DNA from: an uncultured Alphaproteobacteria bacterium
Lineage (GTDB): Bacteria > Pseudomonadota > Alphaproteobacteria > HIMB59 > GCA-002718135
Direction: 5' to 3'
Assembly: GCA_902590695.1 (NCBI GenBank)
Contig: CACIXR010000003.1
Location: forward strand, 48,135 to 112,134
DNA: 64,000 nt
How positions within the stretch are numbered: position 1 is the first letter of the stretch; every line of letters begins with the position of its first letter. The notes under the pieces were generated by a model. That model saw nothing but the letters and a program-made list of their open reading frames with translations. It was not told the DNA's origin and ran no database searches. The position numbers and the translations under genes are program-made. Shown piece by piece: positions 63,310 to 64,000 of this stretch.

Positions 63310-63321
63310 ATATAAAAATTA

Positions 63322-64000
63322 TTAGTTTACGTTTGCAAATCTAAATAATGGCTCGTTGTTCATTCTAATTGGAACATCGACATTACTTTTTGATGCTTGG
63401 TTGACAACTTGGTGATGTAAAGGAAGATATGTTACATCATCTTGAGTAATATCCCAAGCTTCGGCAATCATAGCATTTCTTTTATCTTGATCTGTTTCAA
63501 CACCCATTGCCGCTACTAACTCATCAACTCTAGCATTACTGAAATTAACTTTATTCCAGCTACCAGCACTATCAAATAAGTACGAGTATACATAATGACT
63601 ATCAAAAGTTGGAACACCCCAACCTAACATGTACATGTCACTTGTCATACCGTTTGCGTCACCTTCTTTAACTTCTGAGAAGTGTTGACTTTTAGTTTTT
63701 GCATCAAGAGTTACATCAACTCCAATTTTAGCAAACATACCAATTGCAGCAACACAGATTGCTTCATCGTTTATGTAACGATCATTTGGACAATCTAGTG
63801 TAACTTCAAATCCATCTGGATAACCAGCTTCTGCTAATAGTTTTTTTGATAGCTCTGGATCATAAGGTAATCTTTCATCACGTGCAGCTGTATGACCATT
63901 TACACCAGGAGCAGTGATAATTCCTGCAGGAACACTTTGTCCCCTCATTACCTTATCCTTAATAGCTTCCATATCTAAAGCATGGTACATAGCTAAACGA
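63322..64000 (-). CDS. Peptide ABC solute-binding protein, family 5 (5' part outside the window)
   Basis: Frame is open to the window edge; YDPE..K.LLAEAGYPDGF, CPNDRY.ND. First gene of the ABC operon. Confidence 0.92.
   Translation of the reverse strand, partial: RLAMYHALDMEAIKDKVMRGQSVPAGIITAPGVNGHTAARDERLPYDPELSKKLLAEAGYPDGFEVTLDCPNDRYINDEAICVAAIGMFAKIGVDVTLDAKTKSQHFSEVKEGDANGMTSDMYMLGWGVPTFDSHYVYSYLFDSAGSWNKVNFSNARVDELVAAMGVETDQDKRNAMIAEAWDITQDDVTYLPLHHQVVNQASKSNVDVPIRMNNEPLFRFANVN

Noticed and set aside
1-64000. tRNA, rRNA, riboswitch, CRISPR, IS or prophage elements, and CtrA boxes (TTAA-N7-TTAA)
   Set aside because: Intergenic spaces are all about 100 nt or less, with no cloverleaf, repeat-spacer or transposase/integrase signal seen. 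TTAA-based motifs are expected by chance at this AT content. A covariance-model scan was not possible.

Overview
A very AT-rich, gene-dense 64 kb stretch of core chromosome from a streamlined alphaproteobacterium. The gene content suggests a marine SAR11-like lineage. Having both pfkA and pyk points more to a HIMB59/AEGEAN-169-type organism than to Pelagibacter sensu stricto; this is inference, not a phylogeny. About 67 apparently intact CDSs cover almost the whole window, from a truncated hisS on the left to a truncated peptide-ABC solute-binding gene on the right. I saw no rRNA, tRNA, CRISPR array, IS, integrase or prophage. The most interesting signals are: (1) a tgt-yhhQ pair whose TGT has Chlamydia-type queuine-salvage signatures; (2) an adrenodoxin-type ferredoxin and its reductase placed head-to-head with a Cox15-type heme A synthase; (3) a bolA / Zn-J-domain-cobS-cobT module with no cobN in the window; (4) a possibly mosaic saccharopine (SDH + LKR) gene pair; (5) a MarR gene with a perfect palindrome over its own -10 element, heading a lysS-pyrD-HAD run; (6) an unannotated 42-aa membrane ORF coupled to a 587-aa exported unknown; (7) genes missing from conserved alphaproteobacterial neighbourhoods (ptsP, xerD, comF/grxC/nitrilase); and (8) all 13 convergent junctions overlapping or abutting, with no room for intergenic terminators. 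All family calls come from recognising motifs by eye; no database searches were run.
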